A stretch of 47,486 bases of DNA from Amoebophrya sp. A120 (taxonomy: Eukaryota > Protista > Dinoflagellata), in assembly GCA_905178155.1 (NCBI GenBank), contig CAJINV010000006.1:153965-201450 (forward strand). The letters run 5' to 3'. The translations under genes were made by a program, and so were the position numbers. This document shows positions 22,501 through 35,210 of this stretch, in pieces. Positions within the stretch are counted from its first letter, which is position 1, and every line of letters begins with the position of its first letter. The notes under the pieces were generated by a model, which saw nothing but the letters and a program-made list of their open reading frames with translations, ran no database searches and was not told the DNA's origin.

Positions 22501-25500
22501 GTGTGCGTTACTACATTTGCGCTTCTACCCCCCCACAGGGATTCTCAGTTATAGTAATGCTGATCATGACGTTGACGTTCAACATGGAAAGCTTGTATCT
22601 TAACTCAAGACTGGACCAGGTCGCCCTCGCCTTGCTTGCGCTCCATACTATCCGATTCGGCGCTGTAGGCAGCATTTCTGAAGATGGCTGGATCGTCCCA
22701 AACCACCACTTTATCGCCCGGCCGCTGGATTGGCTCGGTACCAATGCCTTCCAGAGCATTGGCCACAGCTTCAGTGGGAGGTGCTCTGAGAGGCTCGTGA
22801 AAAAAGTCCCATACCGCAGTAAAGAACCCCTTATCGCCCCGTGCGCATCCCGTGTTCAACCGCTCTGAGCTATAGTCCTGCATCGCTGGTTTTAGAAGTC
22901 TTCCGTACATGATTCGGACAGTCGCAATATCGGCATAGCAGTACGGCATCAGCGCCATAATCGTTGAGATCTGTGTATTCGTAAAGCTGTAAATCAAGTC
23001 GTTTTTCCGACGTTGATTCGAGTTTCACTTCAGGCATACATCTGGAAGAGGCTTGCTGTCTTCGTCGTTCATAACTTCATGGTCAGCAGAAAGTACTCAA
23101 GACACGATCCTGCGTGTGCACGACCCTATACAACATTAAACACGACGGTAAACTGCTGAGCACGGCAAAAACGCAGCACGTTCTTTACTTGTCAATATAT
23201 CTATCGATAATCAAGATACCTTCCATGTGTGTCCATCAAGTGCACCCAACGGCGGCAAAATGTTGGCGAGTGTCTCATTAGTCGTCCCCAAAAGATCCTC
23301 GCCTATGCGGAGAAACAGTCGCCGCCGCACCAAAATCATGAAATGGGCTTTTTCGTAGCCTCAGATTCATCCTGCTACAGAACAACTATGAAAGCCAGCC
23401 GCACGACAATAGAAAAAAACTCACGTCAGGTTGTTGTGCGACCGCGAATACGCTACTGCGTTACGAATACAGGTTGAGCGTTCGTTCACGATGGAAATGA
23501 TGAACTCATCATGCTAAAGCATTTGACGCGGATGGGAGTGCGACAAGCGCTCTTCTGTTTCTCTGCATATGACCTTGATCTACAGCAGCGTTCCAGAAGT
23601 CCTTCGGTTTGTATCCCGCCATCGCTCCGTCATTCACAGTTTGCAGCTTCTCTTCGAGAAATTCCACAAACAGGTCCTCACAGCTCACCGTCTCCGTTTG
23701 CCGCTCCTCCAGCGACGCCACTTCCAACTCGGCTAGCCTCGTTGGCGGAGGGCGTATCGCTGGACTTCCACTGTCTGTTGCTGCGCCAGGAATAACGACA
23801 ATGGAAGATGAGGATGAAGCGCTAGAGCTGCCTCCACCAGAAGCGGCACTTCCGGGATTTGGAGTGCCGCTCCTCTCAAATGTAGCTTTTCCGCCACTGC
23901 CGGCGTCCTGCGCTGGTGCCGCACCTGGCAGCCGCGGGTTTCCGCCGGTCGGGGCTGCAGCGCCAGCAGCTCCTCCTGATGGAAAATCTGATGGTCCACC
24001 GCGTCTTTCGGGAGTCGCAGTGTGATACGACCTTGGTGGACTTAGACTTCGTGAGCGCGGTGTCGCACTATGCTCCGGGGTGCCTCGACCACTGAGTGCC
24101 CTTTCAAATACGCCACTTTGTGATGCTGAGCCGCTTGCTCCAACACCAGTTCCCCCTTGCGCTGCAGGTTCGGCACCATCGCTGCTGCCACCATCCTGGG
24201 GCGGACGGGGCGAACTCGTCGCACTGGCACTAGCGGAGGATAAACTGCCTTCGCGACCTTGATGCTGTTCCGGCTGGTTTTGATCCCCGTTCACTGTGTC
24301 TGAAGCAGGAGCCCGAGCAAGCTGATCCACACCGCCGTCAACATGGCTCAGATTCGACGCTGAAGCGGAATGACCGGGATTGCTGACGCTACTGCCCGTA
24401 GTACTCCCTGCTGCAGACGGGTCAGCACCAGCACTTCCCAAACCGATAGCACCTCCAGTGGAGGAGGGTTGTTCAGGATTGCCAGCACCTGCCTGCGTTT
24501 CAGTTCGCGAAGATAGTTCCCTTTGCTGTTCCTCCACCTGTGTAGCTGAGCTGGCAGCTGCTGGGCTGTTCTCTTGATGCGCCTGACGAGAAGCTTCATC
24601 AGTCTGCGCACCTTCGTGTTCGCTGCCTCCAGCCGTTTGCCGTGCCGACTGGTTTGCGTCACTGCTTGTCGTTTCGTGCTCTGTGGGGGCACTTGCGTCA
24701 TCTGTGCCGGCACCTCCCACAGGAGATGATGACGCACCAGACGGGACAGCCGATGCTGGGTCAGCTCCAGGCGTTGCTTGACCTGCTTGAGCGTCCGGGA
24801 GGACCGTTGCAGCTGTACCTGATGAAGGATTGGTTGCACTCGGTGTTAGAGGAGCTGCCGGCTGAGCCGGCGCCACGGCAGCAGGAACAACCACTGCTGG
24901 CGTACCAGCGGAGGCAGGAGCAGGACCCTGCGCAGCGGAAGAGGAAACAGCCGGTGCTGGCGCCGGTACTCCAGCAGGTACTGCTGCACCACCAGGAGTC
25001 GGAGCAACAGGTTTCGCCTTTGGTTTCGCCGGCGCCAGAAACTCCGGTCCATAAACAGGTCCTGGGGGGAACAAGTTCGAGAGCACTGACGAGGGCGAGC
25101 TCAGAGTAGGAGGAGAAAGCGGTTGGTGCTGCGGAGGTGGAGCTGTTGTGTCTGCGTGCCCACCTCCCTGAGGACCATCATTGCCGGGGGCTGTTGGTGG
25201 GCCACTAGGGTTTCCTCCATGCGGATCACCACCGCCACCGCCACCGCGTCCTCCATCCCGGTTGAAGATTCGTGTCGGGACCAAAATATTCGGCTTGTGC
25301 CCGCCGCCGAAGCCGCCAAACGGATACTCGTCCCCCGATCCCAGCTCTGCTTTTTGTTTGTTCCCCTCGCTAACGTTGCCCATATGCACCGCCAAGCCCG
25401 TGGCGCCAGCGAGAAGACAAACGGCGATGATGGTGACGATGACGGTTGAGAGCGAGGAGGCCAAAAAAGCGCCACAGGGGGTGGATGCGGAGGATGTTGA

Positions 25501-28500
25501 GGATGAGGAGGGATCCTTTATCAGAGGATGAAATTTGTCTTGCGAACGGTCGTCGTGGTCATCAGCATCTTCACGGGTAAATAAACTTGGCGTCGTCCTC
25601 GTCGTGTCTCTTTGCGCTTCCTCGTCGAAAGTCCGTGTCGCAGATGCCAAATATGCAGTTTTGTTCCTGGAAGCAGGAGCACTGTCTCCTTCTGTGTCTT
25701 CTTCCACCTTCTGCTGCTGCTGATGTGACAGAGAGGAATTATCGGCTCCTTCCCTTTCAGAAGGTTCCTGAGCATTTATCTCATCCATCTCCTCCTCAGA
25801 GGATGACACCAGCTCTGGCTCGTGCTCTTCTGGCGGTTCGTTTCCAGCACAATCTCGGTTAATAATACCGATTTTCATAATTTTCGTTCCTTCGCTAGCC
25901 GACTTCCCGGCGACTTTCTCTTTTTGATCCGCAATGCCGCCGTGATTTTTATCCTGCGCGACGCTGTCCTGTCCTTGTGCCAGTAGCTTCGCTTCGTCAC
26001 CACCGGTTGTAGTGCCGAGAGGAGTCGTCGAGTTGTAGGAGTAGCTCTCTTGTTTCGCCAAAAGCGGTAAAAACGCCGTCTGATCGATGTATTCCTCTTC
26101 GTAAATGTCCGACAGCCGACGGCCCTTCCATTTCGTCGTCTTTCCTTTCATGTCTTCCTCGTTGACCAGGTTTTTCGGTGTTTTCAGCAGCAGCTTCTGA
26201 TTTCTTTTCTTGCCGGTTCCTCCACCTACTTCGCCTGGCTGCAAACTCGCAAAACCATTCTGAAGATTATCTCCCGGCGTCTCCAAATACTTCAGCACCG
26301 TCTGCGCGTCCCACCGCCTTTCCCACCGCCACCGCAGCGTGACCTGCAGCAATGATACCAGATGGCCGAAGAGCGCCGCGTCCTGCTCTTCCCACCTGCG
26401 GGACCTCGAATACAGAATCCGGACCCTGGAGTCCGCCACGGCGAACTGCGCGCGCATCCCGCAGCCCTCTAAATGCTCGTACGGCGCCCGCCCGTATAGC
26501 AACTGGTATAGGATGATCCCCAAGGCCCAAACATCAGCCGCCGGGCGCATCTTCAAACTCGCCGACCCCTCGTCCGGTTGGTAAAATGCCTCCGGCGGCA
26601 TGTACCGCGGCGGGCCGCACTGGCGGTCGCGGGAAACGTGGGTTATACCCTCATCCTTGTTGATCCCCCGCGCGAGGCCGAAGTCAGAGACCTTCACGAT
26701 GTTGTCCACGATGAGGAAATTCGCGGGCTTCAGGTCAAAGTGGATCAAACCGAGACTGTGGATGGCCGCGACGCCAGCGACCATGTCGCGCCAGAGATTG
26801 CGAATATCGTAGATAGAGAAGACTTCGTAGTTTTTCCGAAGAAAGGAGTGCAGATTGGGTATCGGAGGGGAAAGGAGGTGCTTTGGTTGTTGAACCAGTT
26901 CTTCCAATTGAGACAACATTTCGTCGTGCTCATCATGTGGTTGTACATGCAAAAATTATAGCAATGACAAATTACATGCGCTTGCGGCTGGGGCTGCACG
27001 ACTCCTACGAGTCAATAAATCTGCACAAGCTCCTGCTTCTTGCCGCGCGCATCATGCATGCCATCTTCTTAATCGCGGTTTATAGAATCAGAGAAACTAT
27101 CTCTTTCAAACAAACCAACACAACCCTCTCCATCCCATACCACAGTCCGCGAATTCCAGCAAAATGTGGATCACCAAATCTTTTGGAAAAAATTTCGCCT
27201 CGCCGATCATCTTCACTACCCGCAGCTCGTCCGCGTTGTGTTTACCATTCGGGGTAGTTCCGGCATTCGCTGCCCGATTTTTGTCCCGCAAAGCCCGCAG
27301 CCAATTTACCTCCATGGCGAAGGAGCGCATTTGCCTCGCGTCCCGAGCATAAACGACTTTGAGTGCGTAGCGGGTAGCGGGTAACGGACAAGCTTGCTCC
27401 TTGGTTCGACTTGCACTGCTGCTTGTTCCATTGTGCTGTCCACTTCGCGACGCGCCGTCATGGTTGTAGTTATAGGTGCCACGACTTCCCGAGGTCGTAG
27501 TAGTCGATCCTCCATCTACGACACAAGTTCGCAAATCCACGCACTCGAACACCTCCGCCGACCCGCCCTTCCCGATCCGCTTCACAACTTCGAGCAATAA
27601 AGTCGGCTTGTTGAAGTCCACGTGGTGGTTGTCCACCACCTGTTCGCCCATGCAGATGACCATGCCGGGGCCAACGCGGGCGGTGGCGGTCACAGCGATG
27701 TTTTTCCGCTGGATGAACGCAGCCGTGGAGAGTAGCGAGTCGTTTTCCCGGTACGAAGTCCGGCAGTCCTCGTCGTTGAAATACTCCGGTAGGTCGCTCG
27801 GTGAATTGAGAAAAGGGGCGCTGTGGCGCCCGTAGACGGGGATCGTGCTGCAGGCCGCGGAGGTAGAAACTACAGGCTCGGGCGCATGTTCTTGGTTCTG
27901 CGCATTTATGTTGTTCGCAGGACTCGCATCGCCAGGAACTTCAGCATAAGAACGGCGATCGGAAACACCGCGGAGGATGCCATCAGGCGCGAGAGAGGTC
28001 TCGACCTTTTGTTCCGCGCGTCTGGGAGCTATCGGCGCAGAGTCCTCCGGGGCTACTAGTGCGTTGTTGCGGTTGTCGGCCTTGATGTCGTGGCTGTACC
28101 CTCCAGAGCTGGTGGTGTCACGAGGATTTCTGATATGAAAGCCGCGACGTCCATAATTCTCCCCTTCAGCTACAGGCTGAGCCTCTTCTTGATTCTGGGG
28201 AAGCACTGACTCCACATTTCGCTGTAGCTCGTTCTTACCGTTTGATACGCCAAGCACAGTCACCTTTGGCAAATCCGCCTGGTAGACGAAGTCTTGCAGT
28301 CCTTGAGGCTGCTGGTCGTTCTGGCCAGCATTTTGGTGTCGCTCCTGCGGTGCGGCGGGCTGTGTGTCACCGTTTTCGCAGTCGGCATTGCTTTCGAAAC
28401 TGGTTTCTCTGTTTTCCAGCCGCCCCGTGGCTGTGCGGGAGTTCTTGTGCTTGTTGTCGCGATAGGCATCAGTGAGGCCCGCATGGTCTTCAACATCATG

Positions 28501-29247
28501 TCTGACCCTGGGAGCAGCCACGGAATAAGAGCTCTCGGTCTCTCTGTTCGGATCGTAGGATAAAAATTGGTCATCTCGTCTCGCCGCAGGCCGGATTTCC
28601 ACTTGGCCGCGGCCAGGGCGCCGCGCAGGAGGAGCTCCACCACCTACGTCGCTTCTTATTATCACATCATCCTCAATCGTACTCGTCGCTGCTGGCCTCC
28701 TGGCGTCGTTTTGCTCCTGGTAGTACGAGCTTCCATAATTACCGGCGGAGGACAGAGTGGTGTTCACTGTGCCGTCGTGCGACGTCGCGTTATTTCGTTC
28801 ATGGGCGCGAGGGTCACGTTGCCCAACATCAACATCTCGTGCCGCTTGCCGCTCATACGCTGCCTCTTCTCGAACACCTTCTCCCGGTGGATGTTGTCCC
28901 ACGCCGGCTCCAGCATTTGCGGCCTGTGCATGACAAACTTTCGGCTCGAAATTATCGAATGTGGTCGCAGTATGCAACGCCGACGTTGCTTGTGTGGGAA
29001 CTGGGGCGACGGGTAAAGGATAGCTGGGTACGTCATGCTCTTCTTGGACGAAGCGCGCATGGTTATTTTCGAAGCGTCTATTCGTGTTACCCGGCACTGC
29101 TAAGTCGCGGCCGGCGTTAGAAGTAGCTCCACATGGCTGTCTGGCACCGTGCGGATCGGGGTGGTGAGGTGTAAAATTACGTTGGTCAGTTGGAATCGCG
29201 GGTCGTGGAGGATTGCCGTTGAAATGGTGGTTGCGCTGGTCGCTCAT
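19518..29247 (-). CDS. Multi-exon Mps1/TTK-like Ser/Thr kinase with TM helix, Pro/Ala/Ser-rich stalk and two tandem unknown modules
   Basis: IGKGGSAEV, ALKVV, HFDLKPANFLIV, DFG, YMPPEA, DVWALG (~26285-27580); TM VIVTIIAVCLLAGATGLAV (~25385-25445); introns ~26857-27141, 23303-23573, 22971-23219, ~22397-22611, 22085-22238, ~21029-21325, 20676-20789, 19964-20170 keep the frame. Confidence 0.75.
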
Positions 29248-30633
29248 AGGGTCCAGGTTGCGCCACAGTCAGAAGGAAGAGTCACTGGCTGTTAGGTAAA
29301 AAGAAAGGGGTGTTGCGCCGTTGGTCGATGTCGATGTTCTGCCGTTAGTTATTATACAACTTTTACTCGTCGAAAGAAATACTCACAAACCCTTTTCGGG
29401 GCGGCGGATGAGATACTACAACTGCATGCGCAAAAATCCGATCCTCGTGAAGAGGACTGCTCGTCCCGAATGCGTCTTTCAGCCTGTTCTCGCGCCCTTC
29501 GGATCTTCTCCACCCGCGACTACGAGATTGTAAAAACGCCGTCAGATGAGCAACAGGCTTGTGCTGCGCGCGGGTTTGGTGTTGGCCTCTTCTCGAATTG
29601 AAGGTAGATACAACTGCTCCATGCGTGCTGTCTTTGTTTTGGTTCAATTGTACAAATATTAAACTTCTTTCTAAAGATGAAAAGTCGACGCAGAATTATA
29701 GAATATCTTTGAAATTCCGTGCTGAAACTGAAACCGGTGGGGTGAATGCTGAGTGTCTTACAAAATTTTTTCTGCTCGTCCGGCGTCTACTTTTATCATA
29801 TCAGGAAAAATGAAACGGTGGAGAGTGAAAGCGGTTCATTTTTTCTAGATTCTCATCCACCCGTGTATCCATAAAACAATGTTGAGTGACTACAAAAGAG
29901 CTTCCAAGTCGTGCTACTCATTATACAGTAAAGTCCAGAAACGTTGCCGGCTGTCAAAGGCAGTCATCTCATGGAGGAATTAAATCTAGGGCTATGTCTA
30001 CGTACTGAAACAATGGTCGCCAATTATATACCGCAACCACAACGAACTGCCCGTGCCTGAAGCGATGTTGAAATAAAACGATTCTTTTATCAAAACGCAG
30101 AGAGTGGTGCTGAGACGATGCCACGACGACGAGAGGCGATCCGACAAAACGACTACATACGATATAGCTTTTTCATGAAGCGATTCTAATTGCATTTCGT
30201 GAAAAGAAGCAGATGATTTTCACAGGCAAGATCAGGAGTCTGGGCGATGATAAGGAAAAAAGGGCTTTCAATTTTGACTTTTATGAATTAGTGTTCATCT
30301 TGAGAGCTTCGCATTAGTCCCATTTCTGCATGCCAAGGTGTGTAATTTCAATGACGTCATAAACTGCGAGCCGGTGGTGCACTATGTTGGAAATGGATCA
30401 CCAGACTCACTGACATTGACCTTGACGTAGTTGATCTCATCGCAATTAAACGCTATCGGAGCAGGTAGTATTTTGAGAATAAGTAGGACTGTGCAGGAGC
30501 ACATAATCATGTCCATCTTCCTCCTGCATACTTGTTGGAAATGGATTACGGTGATGAACTATGTTGGAAATGGATTGTATATGCGTATTGTATTCTTATT
30601 TTTTCAGTTTTTGTAGATTAGTCGTAGTCCTGC

Positions 30634-31340
30634 CATGAGGCAAATGCCCAACAACTGCGGAGGGGTAGCGGAGGGTGTAAACGGCACATGCAGAATCGCA
30701 GTTCCGTCCGGGTAACAGAAGTTCAATAATAAATGCCATCTGTTTTCAAAAAGTATGCACTTTACAATTTTCATACTATCCGCAGCTAATTCTGGGTGTA
30801 ATCGACTGCAACTTGCCCTCCGCCACCCCTCCGCTAGGCGAGTGTCAAGAGGTGATACCATGCTGAAAAGCTTTCTATTCGTTTTTACTGTTGTTTTCCG
30901 CTTTTTTTGTCGGTATTGCAAGTTTTCAAAATTCAGCATGCTGTGAGGAACATGCCCAGCAACTGCGGAGGGGTAGCGGAGGGTGTAAACTGCACATGCA
31001 GAATCGCAGCGCCGTCGGGGTTACAGAAGTTGAATAATAAATGCCATCTGTTGTCAAAAAGTAAGCACTTTACACTTTTCATACTATCCGCAGCTAATTC
31101 TGGATCTAATCGACTGCAACTTGCCCTCCGCCACCCCTCCGCTAGGCGAGTGTCAAGAGGTGATGCCATGCTGAAAAGCTTTTTATTCGTTTTTACTTTT
31201 GTTTTTCGCCTTTTTTGCCGGTTTTGCAAGTTTTCAAAATTCAGCATGCTATGAGGAACATGTCCAGCAACTGCAAAGGGGTAGCGGAGGGTGCAGAAGG
31301 CACATGCAGAATCGCAGTGCCATCCTGGTAGCAGAAGTTT
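30634..31340. repeat. Tandem repeat, 308-bp period, ~2.3 copies
   Basis: AACTGC(GG/AA)AGGGGTAGCGGAGGG at 30653, 30961 and 31269. Confidence 0.92.
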
Positions 31341-31360
31341 CTTTAATAATAAACGACGTA

Positions 31361-31480
31361 TGTTGTGTCAGTACGCTCGATGTTCTCTTCGATCTCGATC
31401 CTCACGTCTTTGTGTCTCGTCGTCTTCAGCTCGTCGTGAGCAAGATCCTCACTTGAACCTTTCAACACTTTGGTACGGAT
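31361..31480 (+). repeat. Putative short Copia 5' LTR plus PBS
   Basis: TGTTG...CAACA (31361-31467), then TGGTA at 31471, upstream of a gag-like ORF; unusually short and no partner LTR. Confidence 0.4.
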
Positions 31481-31844
31481 TTCACAGACTCTAGGCAGTG
31501 AACTCAGGACTTGAATCATTGAGAACTTTGAACCTTCTCGACCTTTCAGTGGTCTCACCTTTCTCCGTTCGTTCTCGTGTGTTCAGGCTCTAACATTCTG
31601 CCTAGAGCTTGACGCAGAAACGTTTTCTCCCTTCTTTTCCTTTTTGCTTCGGGGATTGGCCGCGGGCAATCAACGACACAAACAACTACCAAGTCCCGAC
31701 CACCCACAGAGCGGGAGATCTCAAGCGCAATTTTGCCAAAGCGGTACACAGCTCCTGCGGGACAACAACAAAAGACCAAACCTCCGGCATTTCTGTGCGG
31801 AACGGCTACCAGCATTACAAATCTGATTTCTCATCTTCCGCAAC

Positions 31845-32561
31845 ATGGCAAACACGGGCGCGAAGGTCGAGCTCGTGCCGATCCACAAGAAGGCCGAGTG
31901 GGAGCCTTTTGAGTGGCGTCTCCGGAGCAACATCATCAATGTTGTCAAGGTCCCCGCCCAATGGGCTGCCTTCATGGCAGACGACAACTTGGTGGATTTT
32001 CAGCCCGCTTTGACCGCCCGCCAACGAGCCAGTTGGGACAATTTGGAGTCCGCCTTTACCGCCGCCATCCAGGGTGATGCGCTTCTCTTGGTCCAGGGTG
32101 CCCAGCGAACTGGTGTTCTGCAAGTTTTCCGCTTTTTGAAGCGTCAGTGGGGCCAGGAGAACAACCAGATCGACCAAGCTGCTATGTTCGCGAAGTTCAC
32201 CACGGAAAAATTTACTTTGGGCGGCAAGGACACCCCGGACTTCACGTTGTGGATTTGGGACAAGTACAGTTTGGCTTTGAAAATTCCCAACTACATCCCG
32301 GTCGGTGCCCAGCTGGAACACCACATGCGCCACATCTTGCGACACCTTTTGGACCCGGACTGCATGGGCAAGATCATGTCCGAACTGCGTGCCACCCCGG
32401 ACGCCCAGCTGCACTGGGAGAATGTCGGAATTCCCCGCGTTTTGGACTTTATCTCCTCCGGACAAGCATCCCAAGAGAAGGAGTTCCAGGCCCGTGTCAA
32501 CATGGCCTTGGGGAACAACAACAACAAGGGAGGAGGCCAAATAAGCAGAGCACCACCGTGA
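31845..32561 (+). pseudogene. Ty1/Copia gag-like ORF, truncated before the zinc knuckle and pol
   Basis: Pattern W.P.EWRL...AIQGDALLLV...VFRFLKRQWG resembles Copia gag; ends abruptly at NNNNKGG where the repeat element starts. Confidence 0.6.
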
Positions 32562-32579
32562 TTCACCTAATTTCCTAAA

Positions 32580-33502
32580 AGAGATTGCAGATCTGTCAAG
32601 CTAACTATAGAGAAAGCGGAAGCGCTTCCGAAATGCGAAACGCGAAAAGCGAAAAACCAAAGGGGGGCAGTAGAGATCTAGGAGAGTAAGAAGAGAGAGA
32701 CAGCGGAAGCGCCTCCGAAAAGCGAAACGCGAAAAGCGAAAAACCAAAGGGGAGCCGTGGGCAATTTATTAATAGAGTAGGAAGAGAGAGGGCGGAAGCG
32801 CCTCCGAAATGCGAAACGCGAAAAGCCAAAGGGGGGCCGTGGCTACTACTCAGTAGGGTAGGAAGAGAGACAGCGGAGGCGCCTCCGAAATGCGAAGCAC
32901 GAAAAACAACGAAGCGACCGGGGTGGGCTCCCTGATAATGAGCAGAGTAAGAAGAGAGAAAGCAACAGCGCCTCCGAAATGCGAAACGCGAAAAGCGGCG
33001 AGGACAGAAGGCAGGCCCTTCGCCTCTTACTAAGTAGAGACAGTGGCGACGCTCGGCTCCGCCTCCGGCGTTGTCTCTCCTTCCCTTCCGCACTAGCGAC
33101 ATCCGCGGCCCCCACGCTTAATATCCTGCGGGGCTAGTTATAGTTTGTATGCGCATGGGGACGCGTCCAGTTCTAGGAGGAGGGGACCCGGAGGGGTTCG
33201 CTGGCTCTTGGTCTTGGCATTGTCGCTAGGGACGCGGCTCGCCCGTGCGCTCAAGCACAACAGATCGACACAGACCACCGCCCCGCCCGTCTGCCTTTGT
33301 TTTGGCCGGGCGAGAGGCCGGGGCGGGGAGCGCGCGGAAAGCGAAGGCATGGATCCCAGTCGCAGCGCTTGGCCCATGCCGCGCCAAATGGCGCGGCGGG
33401 CCCTTGGTCGGTCGCACCAGCCGCAGCCTATTGCGGGGCCGGCACCCTGTTGTGCAGGCCCGAAACGAAAACGCTGGGCATTCGCGTGCGGGCGCTTCTG
33501 TT

Positions 33503-33540
<38 letters not shown>

Positions 33541-35210
33541 GCGAGATGAATATCGCGAGAAACTTCCCGGCGGGCGCACCAATGTAGCAGAGCGCAGCGA
33601 TAGGCGCCCCTGAGGGCCGCCGGCGCCAAGCCTCCACCGTGTTCGAGGCGCGGGCGGCAGCACAAAGCTGCGAGGGTTTCGCGAGGACGGAGACCAGGGC
33701 CATGGCAACAAATTCCACCCAAAAGCGCCGGCGAAGTAAATCAGGCTGGCAGCTCGCTCGTGGCTCGAGAATGAAAGCGCGCGCACTTTGCCCCACCAAT
33801 GGAAGCAAATGCAAAGAAATCCACGCGATTCATTGCGCGCAGAAAATTAATGGCGGGGAGGAGTCGACCCTGTTCACCACAGCAAGCCCAACCATCCAAA
33901 AGCGCAGGCGGATTATTGATGAGAAACCCCTCTTGTGGTTCGAAGAAAAAAGCGCAGGCCTCTCATCGGTAGAAGCTAGCACGCGACGCAAACCCCTGAG
34001 CGCCATCGTGCTCGAAAGCGATGGCGTTGCAAAGTGCCTGCCCATGGCAACAAGCCTAGCCCTTCTCGCAGCGAGAACCCGCCCGCGGAGCAAAATGCGG
34101 CGCCTGAAAGCGCTCGCGGTCGCGCCGGCGGTCCACACTGGCCAGCCTGGGTTTGCCGCGTGGGGCTTGCTGCCATCCAGCCGCCGATCTGCCCCGGCCG
34201 GATGCGGGGCTCCCGCCCCACATTGGCGCGCGGCGCCACCCTGGGGAAATGCGCTGCATCGCCCCCCCCCGCCCCAGACCCCCCGTATGCGCGCGTGTTT
34301 GTAGTGCGCGCGGCATGTTTGTAGTGCGCGCGCCCTTTCGGTGTATCCTGTCGAAGATCGCGCCGGCCCGGCGCTTGTTAGTTCGTTGTTAGCTTGCGTT
34401 ATGTTGCTCGACTGGCTCTGTTGATAACGGCGCAGCCCCTTGCGGGCGGGGGCCGCGTCAATCTGTTGCGGGCGCACGGGCGGGCAACATCCCTCGCGAC
34501 AATATTTAGACCGAGCAAGCAAAAACGCCCCCGGGGCCCGGGCCTCCACGAACTGGGCGCCTCCCCTTTCGCTTTCCTTTGCAAACTAACTGCGCAACGT
34601 ATGAGGTGCGGAGCTTCGCCAAGATCGCTCGCGTCGGTCGCTATTGAAAAAAAACGCGCGGGGCTGTGTGCATACCATTCAAAACAAGGGGGGGGCTCGT
34701 TGTAATGAAAAAAAAAGCGGAACAAAGCCAAGCGGTTGGGCTCGCTTTTCGCGTTTCGAATTTCGGGGGCGGCTTTCGCTTCTCTCTATCTCTTCGCTCT
34801 GCTAATTATTTCCCCGGTCGCTTTCTTCGCTTTTCGCGCTTCGCTTTTCGTGGGTCGCTTCCGCTTTTTCTCTGCTTACTATATTCATTGTCTTGGGGCT
34901 CTTTTCTTTTTCGTTTTTCGTGTTTCGCATTTCGGGAGCCGCCTCCCCCTTCTCTTTGCTTACTATGTTGATTATTTTAGGAATAGGCTATGTATTTTTT
35001 TCGCTTTTCGTGTTTCGCAATTCAAGCAAGGAGGCCAGCTAGTACCTGCACACTTTACACAACACACACACACACACCAAAATTAATTAGCGGGGAGATA
35101 ATTAGCACACACATACACACACACACACACGACCGGGGAAATAATTAGCGGAGGAGATAGAAAGAACCGAAAGCCGCCCCCGAAATGCGAAACGCGAAAA
35201 ACGAGCGCTG
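32580..35210. mobile_element. Putative non-autonomous foldback-like element with arrays of CCGAAATGCGAAACGCGAAAA motifs
   Basis: About 5 direct motif copies at 32620-33000, reverse-complement copies at 34740-35020, another direct copy at ~35175-35205; GC-rich core with no recognisable CDS; exact ends and TSD not found. Confidence 0.5.
33508..33539. repeat. (GT)16 microsatellite
   Basis: Direct inspection. Confidence 0.95.

Noticed and set aside
33138-34731. Numerous overlapping ORFs in the GC-rich core
   Set aside because: Open on both strands because of high GC, they cross a microsatellite and show no transposase motif
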